Under the pieces are notes generated by a model. It had not been told where the DNA came from. It saw only the letters and a list, made by a program, of their open reading frames with translations, and did not search any database. The position numbers and the translations under genes are program-made. A stretch of 33,054 nucleotides of DNA from Lenisia limosa (Eukaryota > Protista > Breviatea). This document shows, one piece after another, positions 13,267 through 27,694 of the stretch; the stretch's first letter is position 1, and the number at the start of each line of letters is the position of its first letter. The stretch spans positions 1 through 33,054 of the forward strand of contig LPNZ01006344.1 in assembly GCA_001655205.1 (NCBI GenBank), given 5' to 3'.

Positions 13267-13863
13267 TCAGACCTCTAAATTTTCAATATGCGATCGTGGA
13301 CTTCCCTCATTTTGGAGCCAGTTTCTCCTGGAGGGTCAGACCTAGGATGAGTATATATATGTAGTACATGTAATATAGTATATATATATATATTCCTCCA
13401 AGGTCAGACAATTTACAAAGTACAAATTCCCATTTGTTGCATCATTTTAAAGAGCTTATTGTAGAAAAAAAGAGATACCGTTTTGAATGATAAAAATAAG
13501 ACGACCAGCTCCGACGTACATTTCTCTGCACGCGGCCTCTTTGCCCTGCACAACTCCAGCCACTGTTCCTGATGATGTGTTTTGACACCACCCCACCTAT
13601 GGTGTTAGAACCCTTCCAAACATATTACACGCCCCTTTTACAAGGCCAAGACGGTTTGCCGCTCGCTTCGTATACTTCCTGAAAAATACCCCTAAATGTG
13701 TGACTTAGGTGAGGCTCAACAGCAGAAAAGGAAATTGTTTCCCATCGATATAAATTTACCGCTAGTTGAGTGCCACAAGCGGGCACGAACCTTGAACTGT
13801 GCCGAAAACCTCAAAGGAAAAGGAGACAAGACGTTGTGATTGTGATTGGGGGAAAAGGGCCAT
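13267..13863 (-). CDS. ACYP: Acylphosphatase (3' end uncertain)
   Basis: Four exons give MALFPQSQSQRLVSFSFEVFGTVQGVFFRKYTKRAANRLGLVGWCQNTSSGTVAGVVQGKEAACREMRNWLQNEGSPRSHIENLE. The family signatures VQGVFFR and GWxxNT are intact. Confidence 0.92.
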
Positions 13864-14113
13864 TTTTTAAAGAGGGAAAGATGAAAAACTCCTTCGAAAG
13901 AGAATGCAAAAGGGACACTCCTGGTGCCTTGTATTTTTAACTTTGTCTAAGGGTAACGTGGAAACGTTGGGGGTACTGTATGCGTGGATATATGATAAAT
14001 ATGTCTTTTGTAAGTAATATAATAAATGGGACAACAGCACGCACAAGTGCACAAGCACAAGAAATTGACAAGAACAAAAAACAAAATTATGTATTAAAAT
14101 ATATTATGAATCT

Positions 14114-16357
14114 ATGAATCCCGTACCGGAGAGGGGGCGACCGAGCCATCGCCCCCCTTTTGCCTGTGTTGCTGTGTTCTTTTTTTGCTTTCTTGTTTTT
14201 CTTCTTTCCATCCATCAATCATCTCAATCATCCACCAGATGTGAACCACACTACCTCAGGGAGAATATTACCCCTCAGCACCTAGGTGCTTCATCAGGGA
14301 AGCATTCAAGCATGTCGAAGTCATGGCTTGAAGAACTAAACCGGAATCTCAAACAATGCTTGCACGCTGAATCCAGATTTGTGACCATCTCTTCTGCTGA
14401 ACTGTGAGGATGGTGTTATGTCAAATGCAATTGCATTTCACTCACGTTTTAGTGCTAATGATGGATCGATTTTACCCTACACCCAAACCAGTATGAGGTT
14501 CAGTAACTTTATTCTATAACTCGTTGAGATATAGTTGGAGAATTAAAATTTAACCAACAGTGGTCTTCCGTGGCTTCTTCCAGGAAGGCAATAGGCCAAT
14601 TCTTCGATTTGCTACGGATTTGTTGGAGGGGTCTGTTTTTTTGTGTAAAATTGTCGCAGTGTCCCTCCAAGTTTGCATGCATCACTCCTGCTGATGCCAC
14701 AGGAGGTCAGAGAAGGTTGGTCGCCTTGCAAAGAACAGTCGTTCCGAGTTGTGCTGGTACTTCGGTGAAACAAAAAAACAATTCCGCCTCAAGGGGAGGG
14801 CCTTTTGTATTGGTATGAATTGTTTACTATGACGGAATGAACCAAATGCCGATTATTATTGTGGAACCAAAAATCAAACAATAAATTCATTCTATTGGTT
14901 ATAATTCTATGTTTCCCACTTTTTGGTGATATTATTGTATTTCACTTTGTAGGAAATGGAGGAATGGTGAAAACACTCGAAGATGGAATGAGGTGTCGCA
15001 AAGGAGTGAGTTGACATAAAGTTGTTTACCTGGTTTACTATTTAGAGTGATAGTGACGAAAACGAAAACGAAGGCGTAAACATTGTCCTTCCTGATGAAG
15101 AAAAAATGGATGTGAGGTCGATGTTCAGGTTAGGGACTAGCATAATCCCCTGATACTTTAGATCACCATACGTGGATCCTAGTCAAAGTGAAAGGTTATG
15201 TCTGTCTTCTGGTTGCCCACTTTGGCTTGCCCATGCGTGTCTGGGTAGGAAGCACCTAATATTTTAGCATTTGGCAGCATTTTTATAGAAAATATTTTAC
15301 TTTTTTGTAAGGAGCTAAATGTTATAAAGAAAGTGGTTTCAAGTTAATACTATGTTTTTCTATTTAATTAGGCTCTCTTAATTTCTATGTGTTGCGTAAA
15401 ACTTTTCGAGCTGAAATGCTGAACTGTTATTGGCTCCTTGTGTGATTGTAGATGTACTCATCATTACTCCTCAGGACACGAGCCTTTCTTTCATACGTTA
15501 AAAGACAACCAGTCATGTTCAAACTGCAGTAATTCCCAGTTAAACAGGTTAGCCCAAAGGTGATAGGAGACCGTTTTCCTATTGAATCTGATACATTAGG
15601 AGGTTTTCACGGTGTATGCCACGAGAGGAGATGGCTTTATCACATCAGGTAACTTTATCAATAAACCTCAAAATATTAGATTATAACTTTTGCTTTTGGA
15701 TAACATTGTTAGGTGGTTGGTTTATTTGTGTCGGACAGAGAAGGGGCGTGGTCAGTTTTGTCAGAACACACAAAAATTTCCTTCAGGTCTGTGAATAAAT
15801 ACTTGAGTCAATTGCAGCCCTTGCTCAATATTCAGAAGTGGAGTCACTGGCTCTTGTGAAATGCCAAAATACACGCCAACATTCTCCCCACGTCTCATGA
15901 GAAAAGGTATCAGTCAGCCTTCGGTGAGAGGAACGCAATGCTTGTCATCATGTCACTGGATCATTTTCTTTCACAGCTTATTACCCTATCCGATCATATG
16001 GAATTGTTTGGTAAGAAATTGTTGTGTCATTTGGTCATATCACAGGAGGATATTGAACAACTTCTCCACTCTATCACACCGCAGATTGAAGAGCTTGCGC
16101 CGTCAACCTTTTTGACACTTTATTTCCTCCCTGATATGGTGGACATTCTCAAGCTCTCTGTCACTCGGGTACGCTCGTATCTCGTTTCCATTTCAGTTGA
16201 GCCTTTGTTGCAGCTTAGCCTTGACGGAAATACACTCAATCATTAGGAAATACCCAACAGTCGTGTTAGCTACACTTTAGGAGTTGACAGTACGTGGTCT
16301 AAAAAAGACCAGAATCCATCAGGAAGTCTCCAGCAGGCAAAGCTTGTCACTCTTTAA
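14114..16357 (+). CDS. Pyridoxamine 5'-phosphate oxidase-like FMN-binding protein (Pyridox_oxase_2/Alr4036-type)
   Basis: Ordered motifs TMVFRGF, FATDLRSEKV, SELCWYFGETKKQFRLKG, REGAWSVLSEHTKISF, APSTFLTLYFLPDMVDILKL and PNSRVSY...W...QNP. Splicing around 15810-16050 is not fully resolved. Confidence 0.8.
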
Positions 16358-16536
16358 AATTAATTCTGTCCATTTGTTTCTTTTCTGCCATTTTTATTAT
16401 TTATTTTATGGATTCGAGAGTTTAAAAGATGACTCTCCCCAATCACAGCTCTCTTTTTTGGAAATATATCAGACATTATATTCCAGTATTATGTGACAGT
16501 TTAAATTACATTGCAAACCTCTGAAATCATAAATAA

Positions 16537-18595
16537 TCAGTTACTCTCGAGTTTCGGTTGTAAAATAGCCGTCCTTCCCCCTGATATGTTACAATGTTCA
16601 GGCCAGGAGGCTTACTTACATAATCGCGCGGTCAGAGTACACCTGTGTTGAGAGGCCAACTTTGTTGATTGCCACCCAAAGGCAACTCTCGCTTTTTCGG
16701 TCTAAAGCGCGACGTGTGAGCTCTGTGAACTCTTTCACTGCCTCAAACTAAGGCATCAGATATTGGATATCTACAGCAATGAGACCATCACGCTTATAAG
16801 AGATATTGAATTATAATATTAATTCACCCAATCATTTGCCTTACAACTCTGTGCACACAGTGAGACTAGGTCTCAGGTAGAAGAGTTGTAGGCGAAGTGT
16901 CTCGGTAGAGCACAATCGAAAGTAACACGTGCGTTGCCCGTTCAAGATACCTTTTACAATATGTTTCAGAATTGAATGGATAAGATGTAGATTGAATGAC
17001 CCCACATCGTATATTGAAGTATTGATATGCCACTGTGGCATCCTGGTGATTCACCCAAGTACCTTTCCTCCAATGAGGCTTGTCTTCAACAGGGGCTTTT
17101 CACTGATAATTGCTGCTCCTTGACAAGCTTTCGTTGCCTTTGCGAAGGATGGTGATGAAGATAATGTCCTGAACGGTAAAGATAAACTCAATAAGGTTGA
17201 CACACTTCATTACATATTGATTTGGAAATCAAGGTGCCTACAGGTCTTCTTCAGCAGGGATGAACACTCCAAAATTAATGTTTGCAACCATCTAAAAAAT
17301 AATTAATCATGGTATACTATATAGCATGATATAGTATGTCCGAAAAACCACCCCCTCGCATTTTCTGGCTCTTTCCTCGGGAGAACATGAGCTTTGGAAA
17401 AGAAAACAACATCAAACAAAACACCTGGATTGAATTAGGTAATAATAAAACAAACCTTTACTTGAAAGCAAGTCAGAAAATACTAAGAATTCAACTTCGT
17501 CATCAGCCAGTCCTTGACTATATAATAAGATTCAGTTCACATCTGTATGGAAGAATATACAATCCCTCTTACGCTTTATAATATCGCCACTGTGCCTCTC
17601 CTGAAATATACTGGATTTGGCTCGAAGGTTCCAATAACTCAGCTTGGGATCTGGGAATTAGTCAAACTAGAAAATTGTTCAATTTTAACATCAAGATAAT
17701 TCTGTAACCCCTTTATCGCCAACTTGGATAAGCTGTGAATTACTGCTAATGAAGAGGACAAGGTCGACCCTACTTGGATCCTAAAGATATGATATCATAT
17801 GTATCCACATCATCACGCTTATAGGAGATATCAGATTTTTGGATTAAGTTGTATAGTAATAGTAATTCACCCAATAATTTGCCAAACAACTCTCTGTACA
17901 CAACTGTCCGCGTAACTTAGCAAAGACAATACACTAATAACGCATACCATTTCTTTGTGGATTCTTGAACGCAGAAAGCAGTCAAACAACTTTCCCCTAC
18001 AAAGAAATCAGGTTTCTACCACCGTATTTGAAAGAGTGACACATCTAAACACAATGGGAAAAAGAGAACACACCTTGAATTGAAGGTGGAACAGCTGTAA
18101 CTAGGAGGGATGGTGCTTCAGCCCACCCTTTCTTGCTGACTAAACTTGTGAACCGCTGGTGACCAATCAAACGGACGATATCCGAAAACCATGTTTTAAA
18201 CAAAAAGATATCCTGCGAAAATCACTATTATCCTTAACTTCTTGAGTACTACAAGATTATATCCATTAGTATTTGGGTCCGGATGAGAAGCAGGATTTTA
18301 TTTCAAAATAATGATGCTAAAATGGAGAAAAACTTACTTCTAGGCAAACAAACGTGTCCTACCTGGTAGCTGGAGTGGGGGCGCTCTAAGGATATGGAAA
18401 GGATTCATAGCAACCATTGGTTTCCGGTTGTGAAACTCCATTTCAAGGTACTAAATTGTGAATACTCCCAAAGGAAAAGACATCCAAACAGTACGCTATG
18501 TGGTCTATATTCTGCCCTCACTCACTGGAATTAAAGAAAAGAAAAAGTACACCAAATAGCAGAAGAGGAAGGAGGCAATAACCGCTGAGACCCAT
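16537..18595 (-). CDS. Uncharacterised type II membrane or secreted protein with an internal duplication
   Basis: N-terminal hydrophobic anchor MGLSGYCLLPLLLFGVLFLFF, then LRIIVIFAGYLFRF, two copies of a LCxxSCxANxWRD motif, and a terminal VYSDRAIMGRTAILQPKLESN*. The middle exons are uncertain. Confidence 0.55.
16786..17902. repeat. Dispersed direct repeat, two blocks about 1.03 kb apart
   Basis: 16786-16806 vs 17811-17831 match at 20/21 nt. 16820-16859 vs 17863-17902 match at 35/40 nt. Confidence 0.9.
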
Positions 18596-19059
18596 GGAAC
18601 TATAATGTGTAAGACATTTTGTATTTTATGTGGAAGAGGCAGGACAAACGTTACAACCCACCTGTTTGTAAATAGAGCCGCACAGTGTGGAGGTAAGCCT
18701 CCTCCTGATCTTTCTTTCCCACTTCTGGATTTTTCATTGCTCAGCTGACGAGTCGCAGGTAAGTGCGAGCAAGGAAGGGGCAAAAAAGGCGGGGGTGTTT
18801 TACACTATGCTGTCTTTTTATTTTTGTTGTATTAGAGAGCAGAGGGGAAGGGGGAGAGGAAAGATCTGGGAAAGCTTGAAAAAAATGAAGTCAATCAGAA
18901 ATTATCTAGAACATTCTATCGATAAAATTTATCGAAAAAAGTGATTTGAGTTGAATTATTTTTTTCAATTCTGTCTTTTTCACAATTTAAGAGAAGTCTT
19001 ATTTGTGCTTATTCCTTTGAGTGTTTATGAGTAATACCCCAATTGCTAAAAGAGCGAAA

Positions 19060-21178
<2,119 letters not shown>

Positions 21179-21814
21179 TTTTCCTCCTCGAGTAATTTAG
21201 TGTTTTATTTTTTTTCTACATGCAGGTCTGATTTCAACAACGCCTGGTCTGACGCCTTTCTTTTTTGTTCCAGGGGGGGGGGGTGAGNNNNNNNNNNNNN
21301 NNNNNNNNNNNNNNNNNNNNNNNNNNNNNNNNNNNNNNNNNNNNNNNNNNNNNNNNNNNNNNNNNNNNNNNNNNNNNNNNNNNNGTCGCCGTCGAACCCC
21401 GTAAAAATTTTTTATCTTTCATCTTTCTTCATTTGGGTGTTGTCAATCGCATCACAATACAAGTGTACACATTTAATTAATTAATTGAGAGACGGAGAGA
21501 AGAGACATTGATAGGATATAATAAAGTTTCTGGCCGCTACACCATACACCATTCCATCATCCCTCTCGTCTCTCTCGTCTATCCACTCACTACTCGGCTC
21601 TTTGTCGAGAACTACAAAGTTAGTTGGAAGGCACATTTCCGTCATGTTTCTCCGTTTTGTTCCTCATTATTGATATTTTTGTGTATTTTTAATGAGTTTC
21701 TAACGGCTATCAACCTTTTCTCCACTTTTGTTCTCATATATTCTGATTTTTCTGTCATTAAATATTTTCCCAGACTATAATTATTATTTTTCAGATAACG
21801 GATAAAGAGCAAGG

Positions 21815-24800
21815 ATGGGGATCCTAAGCAATCCCCCTTTTTTCCACCAAGCTATTCAACTGACAAAGGTTGGGGTGGTCTAATATTTATATTTTGTTGC
21901 TTTTGTGTTTCTGATGTTTTAGAAGAATGGAGAAGTGAGCGGCAACCTTCCAGATGGAACGCAGTTCACATCGCAATATGTTCCAGCTGCTACATCCAAT
22001 CCCTTGAAAGACATTTTGGGTGTCGATGATTTCTATTTGCTATCGAGTTCCCAGGGATCTTTTGTAGGCTTGGAGGTACTGTTACTCTACCTTTAGTTAG
22101 CTCAGATTGTGATATAAGAGGACCGCAGGGCTTGATGAAGGAATAGTTTCTTTGTTTTCTATTACGACGTCATTTTATTCAGACTGAGTCACCTTTGACC
22201 ATTGCTGTTGGCGGCCAATCCCCTTATAAGTCCACTTCGGTTGTCGATGCCACGGTAAGTGTTAAAATGGAATACAAATTTTTCTGGAATAGTTTTTGAT
22301 TTAACGGTTTAGTCTATCCTCCCCCCACCCTCAAGCAATAACCTTGGCAACTTGCTTCCGCTAAGCCCGGCAATGGCGCGTTTAGCCGTTTCTCAGGCTA
22401 TTCTCAGTAGACAGTTGAAGGTAAGCAATAAAACTTCAAATAACCACTAGGATGAATCTGAGTGGGACGGCCGAACATTGGTGGTCCTTTGCGATGGCAC
22501 TTCAGAAGATATTGTGGCGCTCGGGGCAAGTATAACAGAAAAAGGTGAGCGATGGTCGTTCAACAAATGTTCATCTAACAGGAGAACTGAAAACATTTAA
22601 AATTAGTTTTGGGGGACTCATGCCTTCACCGGAAATCGGATCCAATTCGGCCCCTCTCCCGCCTCTTTCATCAGCTCCAAGCCTGAGAGATTGGGCTGCT
22701 AATTTATCTCCTGTAAGGTAATAAACGAATGTGTTCATAGCGGTCTTTGGATATGGTTATACTCACCAGCAACAGTGTGAAGTTCAATATTCGATCCGCT
22801 CAATCTACGACCTCAATCATGCAGGCTTTGATGTAAGAAACTCGCCATTCTATTTGTGTAATCATTTAGCCCTTCACAATTCTGCCTCAAGATGACATTC
22901 CTGCTGCCGGTGTTTGGCTTTCATGTTGCTCTTTCGGCCGAACCCACTCATCTTTTATTCATGGCGAAAGTCCACCGCAAGATGGGTGCGATTGTTAACT
23001 CTTTATGATTGTTCTTATCTCTGCAGGAAAAACTACCTCTCACCGCCCCGTGCTCTCTCCGCTCCCATTCCTTCTAGTACCAATTCTGCCATTATTGTTC
23101 GCCCTTGTGTCACTGATGGTGGGTTCATAAGTATTCCCACACAATATATCAGGGACAGATTGATACACCTCCCCCTCCCCTCAATCGGTTAGAATGTTCC
23201 CCTTATTTTCCAAACCAGTCTCTGTAGTGTACTAATAAAGCAGGTGGTTCGCCTTTAGCTGCTGCATATAATCGGCTTCTTCGGGTTACAGCGCTCCACA
23301 CTGCATCCAAAAACGGCATCTCCTGGCCCCCTATGGCTGAACTTCCCAATGGTATGCTAATCATGTTCCAAATGACATCTTCAACTCCACTTTTTGTTCC
23401 TTAAAAATCTGATTTCTCTCAGAAGAAACCAGACCTCTTCCAGATCTTTCAGCTCTGGCGTATTCTTTTGTTATTGGTTTGTATTAGTGCTTTTTGGGGC
23501 TTTTGGATGGGAAATGGTTTTTGGCAGTGTTATATTAACTCATTATTAGCTGAAATCACGCAAAGACCGGCAACTGACACTATCAATGCGGTAGGACTTT
23601 GTGTGATGTTTGGTCACTTTTTGAAATGGAGGATTTTTTTACTTTTAGGGTTCGTTCACTCCACCACGGCCAGACCAGGACTTCACCGACAGATTGTTTG
23701 GACTATTGTGCTGTGCTCCCTTTGAGTACCATGGAGTGGACTTACCAAAGGTGAGAATTTTCTCATTGCTCATATTTCAGGAAATGGTTCGGTCATTTAT
23801 GGATGAGAATGTTGAAGACTCTGTGCACCAGTCAAACGTCTTACCAGTTTACACCGATGATGAAGTATGCATACTATGATGCATATTGCAATCATCTAAA
23901 GGATGGTCGAAACTGAATTAATTGCTCAACCTATAGGTTGGAGCTGCTGCATCTATTGTTCTCCAAGCTCTTGTTGATGGGCGTCTTGAACCTATGGTGT
24001 GTGAAGCTAAGCTATTTGGCTCTTCATTTTTATTTTTTATTTTTAATATTCTATTGACTTTAATAAACATTATTCTGTACAGTGACTGCGATAAGTCCTG
24101 ACACGAATGACTTAAGATACAATTCAGTATTCGTGTCAGGACTGATAGCGGTTGTGTATTTTTGTAATTCTGTCAACTGCAGACTCATAACTCCAATGTT
24201 TAGGTTGACCCTTGTAATGAAACGAAGCTTGCTCAGTACATCAGAGAACTCTTAAGCTTGGCCAAAAACAAGAGGTGGCAGGCAGTTCAATCACTCAGTT
24301 TTTATTTCTTTGTATTACATTTATTCTGTTCGTAGGATCAACCCCGACCAAACCCCAGCATTGGTGCGACAGGCTGATTCCATTGCTTCACACTTGGATG
24401 AAATGGCCCAGGTTTGTCTCATTTGAAAGAGAGCTGAATGTCAAATGATACAATTTTATTGGATGAATCGTGACTTATGCAAGCAATAACAATAAGATAG
24501 TCTCTGGTGGATTCGATTCTTGTCAGTTGTTTTGGAAATGATGAAATAAGAGGTTTATTCTCACTCTCCAGTCCCCAACGGATATGCTGGTAAATTTGGG
24601 CCTCCACAGCCTGAGTCAGGATTACGTCTTCTGGTTGACTCGCAAGCCATGGCTCAATAGATCAGCTCTGGTTTGTGGCATGTTTTGGATTCTTTTGTTT
24701 TTGTTAACTTTTATCAGGAATGGTTTATTGAAAGTGACCTCAGTCCTACTGAAAGGGTGGGTTGTGACGTTTCACTTCCTCATTTGGTTTTGAACTTTAT

Positions 24801-25706
24801 TGAAACTTTAGTTATCCCGCCTCCATCGCCTTCATGTTGCTACAGAGACTATTCTTTTGGTTGCCAATCATGGTGGGATTGATGGCTATTTCCATAGAAG
24901 ATACTTGTTTGTTGTTTTTGGCAGTTAAAATAGTGTTGTTTTTCATTCATTAGGGTTCTGCTACCGAGTTGTTTCAATGCTTGCGTCAAAGGTTTTGGCG
25001 TGGGCGCGCACCGATGTCACCGCAGGATTAGCTCAGAGTCGAGAGAACACCGCTATGATTGATGTAGGGGTTTATTTGAGACAAAGGAAGCTCATAAGGG
25101 CAGGAAGAAGATGAAAATGACCATGAAGTTACGGATGCTGAATGGATTCCCATTCCGAATGCTAATGACTGGGTTGGTTAACCTGTATGTGTGGAGTACA
25201 ATTCTGACCCTTTAGGCAAGAGTTCCATACTTCACCTTGCCACTGCCACTTCATGATAGTGTATCTACTGTCTTAACCAAAATCAGCACATTTGCTTCTC
25301 CAGCGCTATGGAGTGCAACTTTGAGGTTAGCTGATAGTCTTTTCCATTTTCCCATTGTGCAGGTTGTCCCACACAGTTCATCATTGCACATATCATATGG
25401 ACACTTAGCTAACCTCTTTAGTACGACCAAAACCTCAAGAACCTTGACTTGGAGAAGAACCTGTAAGTGACCATTTATGCCTTACTCATTATTATAGGTT
25501 TACTACCTGAGTTGGAAGAATCAGCAAGACTGCTAGCTGATAACAAAGACTCAAACATGCCTTCAGCACAAATAAGATCAAGGTAAGTCCTAATATTTTT
25601 CCACTGACTGAATTTTTTATTTGGTCTCATTATTCTAGGTTTAAAGCCCTCTCTATCCCTGAAGACGACTTCCTGTATTTTTACCATGCGGCAAGTGCCC
25701 TCGTTT
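21815..25706 (+). CDS. ZWILCH: Zwilch-like kinetochore RZZ-complex subunit, about 25 exons
   Basis: The C-terminal half has RPDQDFTDRLF, IVLQALVDGRLEPMVDPCNETKLAQYIRE, MLVNLGLHSLSQDYVFWL, ALEWFIESDLSPTERLSRLHRLHVATE and FTLPLP...SPALW. These are collinear with recalled Zwilch segments (RSDLDFAEQLW, IIQSLQRGDIQPW, MLIEIGLDKLKKDY, LEYFI...EQVYRVQKLHHILE, FQLPV...PQKW). The N-terminal half is not recognisable by eye. Confidence 0.78.
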
Positions 25707-25978
25707 AGTTGTTTTTTGAAGTGTTTTTAAGCTGATGATTATTGATATACAAATTACAATAATAGAGTTGCAGTTTTGTTTTTTAAAAAAAGTCGTGTAT
25801 TTTTGGCCTATTATGCGTTATAAAGCGGAAACGGTTCTCCATAACTCAACAGCACTATTCATGATTATCTATTTTCAAAAAGACAGTATACATAGTATGA
25901 AAAAGGTATTGTGTTCAGCAATCAGAAATGTTAAAATAAATGATAGAATCTAAGCGACCTCTCGTCAGGCAGACTCGC

Positions 25979-27664
25979 TCACAACTTGCTTACAGTCAAA
26001 AAAAGCATCCAATAATTACAAGCACGAGAACCCAGCAAGACCCTCTTCCTCTTCCTCCTGCTCCTCTATCTTTGATTTCCTCTCCGCTCTGGTCTTGAAT
26101 CCGGGAAGAATCTAGAGGAGTAAAGGGGACGGGGGCTTATCAATAGCTACAAGGAGCCAATATGCAAAATGAGAATACTATCATAGTTTATGCAAAAACA
26201 CGATTTTCTTCTCAGAACCTCGCTTTACCGTATTTATAAAAAAGAGCTGTATATATAATAAGTAAATACGGTAACAGATACTGTCAAGCACGTAGGAAAT
26301 GGGGTAAATCCTACGTCTTACGTCTAACTATACTCAAGACTTTTTGGACACGGATTCCCATCTAAATAACTTTATGCTTATTTATTTATCTATCTATTTA
26401 ACATAAAACCCGTCTTCAATAAAAGAATGAGAAAGAGTTATCCAATTTCTTCAGTTTCTTCTAGACAATTCCAATCCGGACACGTAAATACTACGTAATC
26501 CTACGTGCTTGCATAAACATATCATCTTCTCCTACTATGTTACATATAACGTATTCGTGCTCCAATAGACAGAACTCATTTGCCATTATCCCCATCAACG
26601 AACCGTTTTGAGGGCCATTTCTCTGGCCTTGACACCAGTGGCCTCAGATGTCTCCCTCTTGACCTCCAACTGTTTCCATTGTCTCGTTTTCTTGCTTCCT
26701 TCAACGCCTTCTTCAGCGGGCTAAATTATTAAATCAGCATCTACTTATTTCAGTCATAAAGCTCAGTTTAATTCTATTTAAACCCCGAACAGCCTCAGTA
26801 AAGAATGCGAACAACTCAATATCTTTCAAAAACCTGTAATAACCTTTATAAAAAACATGGTAAATAATAATTGAAACTGCTTTCTTTTTATTTCAAAGCA
26901 ACACAAATAAAAAAGGACTGTGGTTTAAAATAGCAGTCAAAGGGATCCACTCACATTCCAAAACAAAGCCTGGTTTTACGAATCTTTGATAAATACTGAT
27001 ATTTACTGTCTTATTCTTAAATTGGAGTGAATCCCAAGGCAAATCACAAGTAGAAGAGAAGATATACATGTAAAACAAACATAATATCCGAAAGGTTGGC
27101 CATATGATATTGTGCATGTCAAGTGAACCACGAATACAACCAAAGACAGGAAGGAACTGGAGAAGAAAGAATACCCACTTTCGTTGAGAGTTTGCGGTAG
27201 AACTTCAGGTTTTTCTCAAGAATTTCTTCTTCTGTCGGCATCTCCTTCCTGATTTGGTCTAGAAAATGATCAGTCTTCTCAACACAATGTCACATGACTC
27301 AACACAAACGCCACGTGAGCGGAAAGTGTACAATTCTAGTACTCCCCCCCCCCCCCCCNNNNNNNNNNNNNNNNNNNNNNNNNNNNNNNNNNNNNNNNNN
27401 NNNNNNNNNNNNNNNNNNNNNNNCTTTCTTCTTATGTTTTTTTCCACCCCTCTTCCTTTCACTCTTCAAAAAAACCTTTTTGTTCTCCTGCATCGTGAGA
27501 CATGAATGATGAACAAAATGGAATGCAAAAATCCTGCTTTATACAATAAACCAATTTTAATTATATTTTGGGATAATCTTGGAGAAAGACAGGAAGCAGA
27601 CCTGCTTTTCGACAAGAAGAGAGTCCATTTTGTCGAGCTGCTGCTTCAAGAGCTTAACCGACAT
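25979..27664 (-). CDS. Small charged hypothetical protein (weak AROS/RPS19BP1-like resemblance only)
   Basis: Exons give MSVKLLKQQLDKMDSLLVEKQ, QIRKEMPTEEEILEKNLKFYRKLSTK, PAEEGVEG...REMALKT and ILPGFKTRAERKSKIEEQEEEEEGLAGKL*. The N-gap at 27359-27423 obscures one junction. Confidence 0.55.
26225..26511. repeat. Cluster of perfect inverted repeats inside a roughly 490-nt intron
   Basis: 12-bp pair 26225-26236/26263-26274, 13-bp pair 26285-26297/26499-26511, and a nested 8-bp pair 26290-26297/26309-26316. Confidence 0.88.
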
Positions 27665-27694
27665 TTTGAAATGATATTTCCAGAAGCACAATCT

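Noticed and set aside
13267-13269. TGA in acylphosphatase as selenocysteine or readthrough
   Set aside because: The downstream in-frame residues (WWACFDMVF) do not resemble the family and I could not see a SECIS.
16244-16246. In-frame TAG followed by continued PNPOx-like homology, suggesting readthrough or a recoded stop
   Set aside because: It is explained as a 3' splice acceptor (cattag|GAA). TAG terminates other genes here, so the code looks standard.
18338-18339. Possible 2-nt microexon (ctag|AA|gtaagt)
   Set aside because: It would need a 23-nt intron. An alternative frame reads through the region as one ordinary exon.
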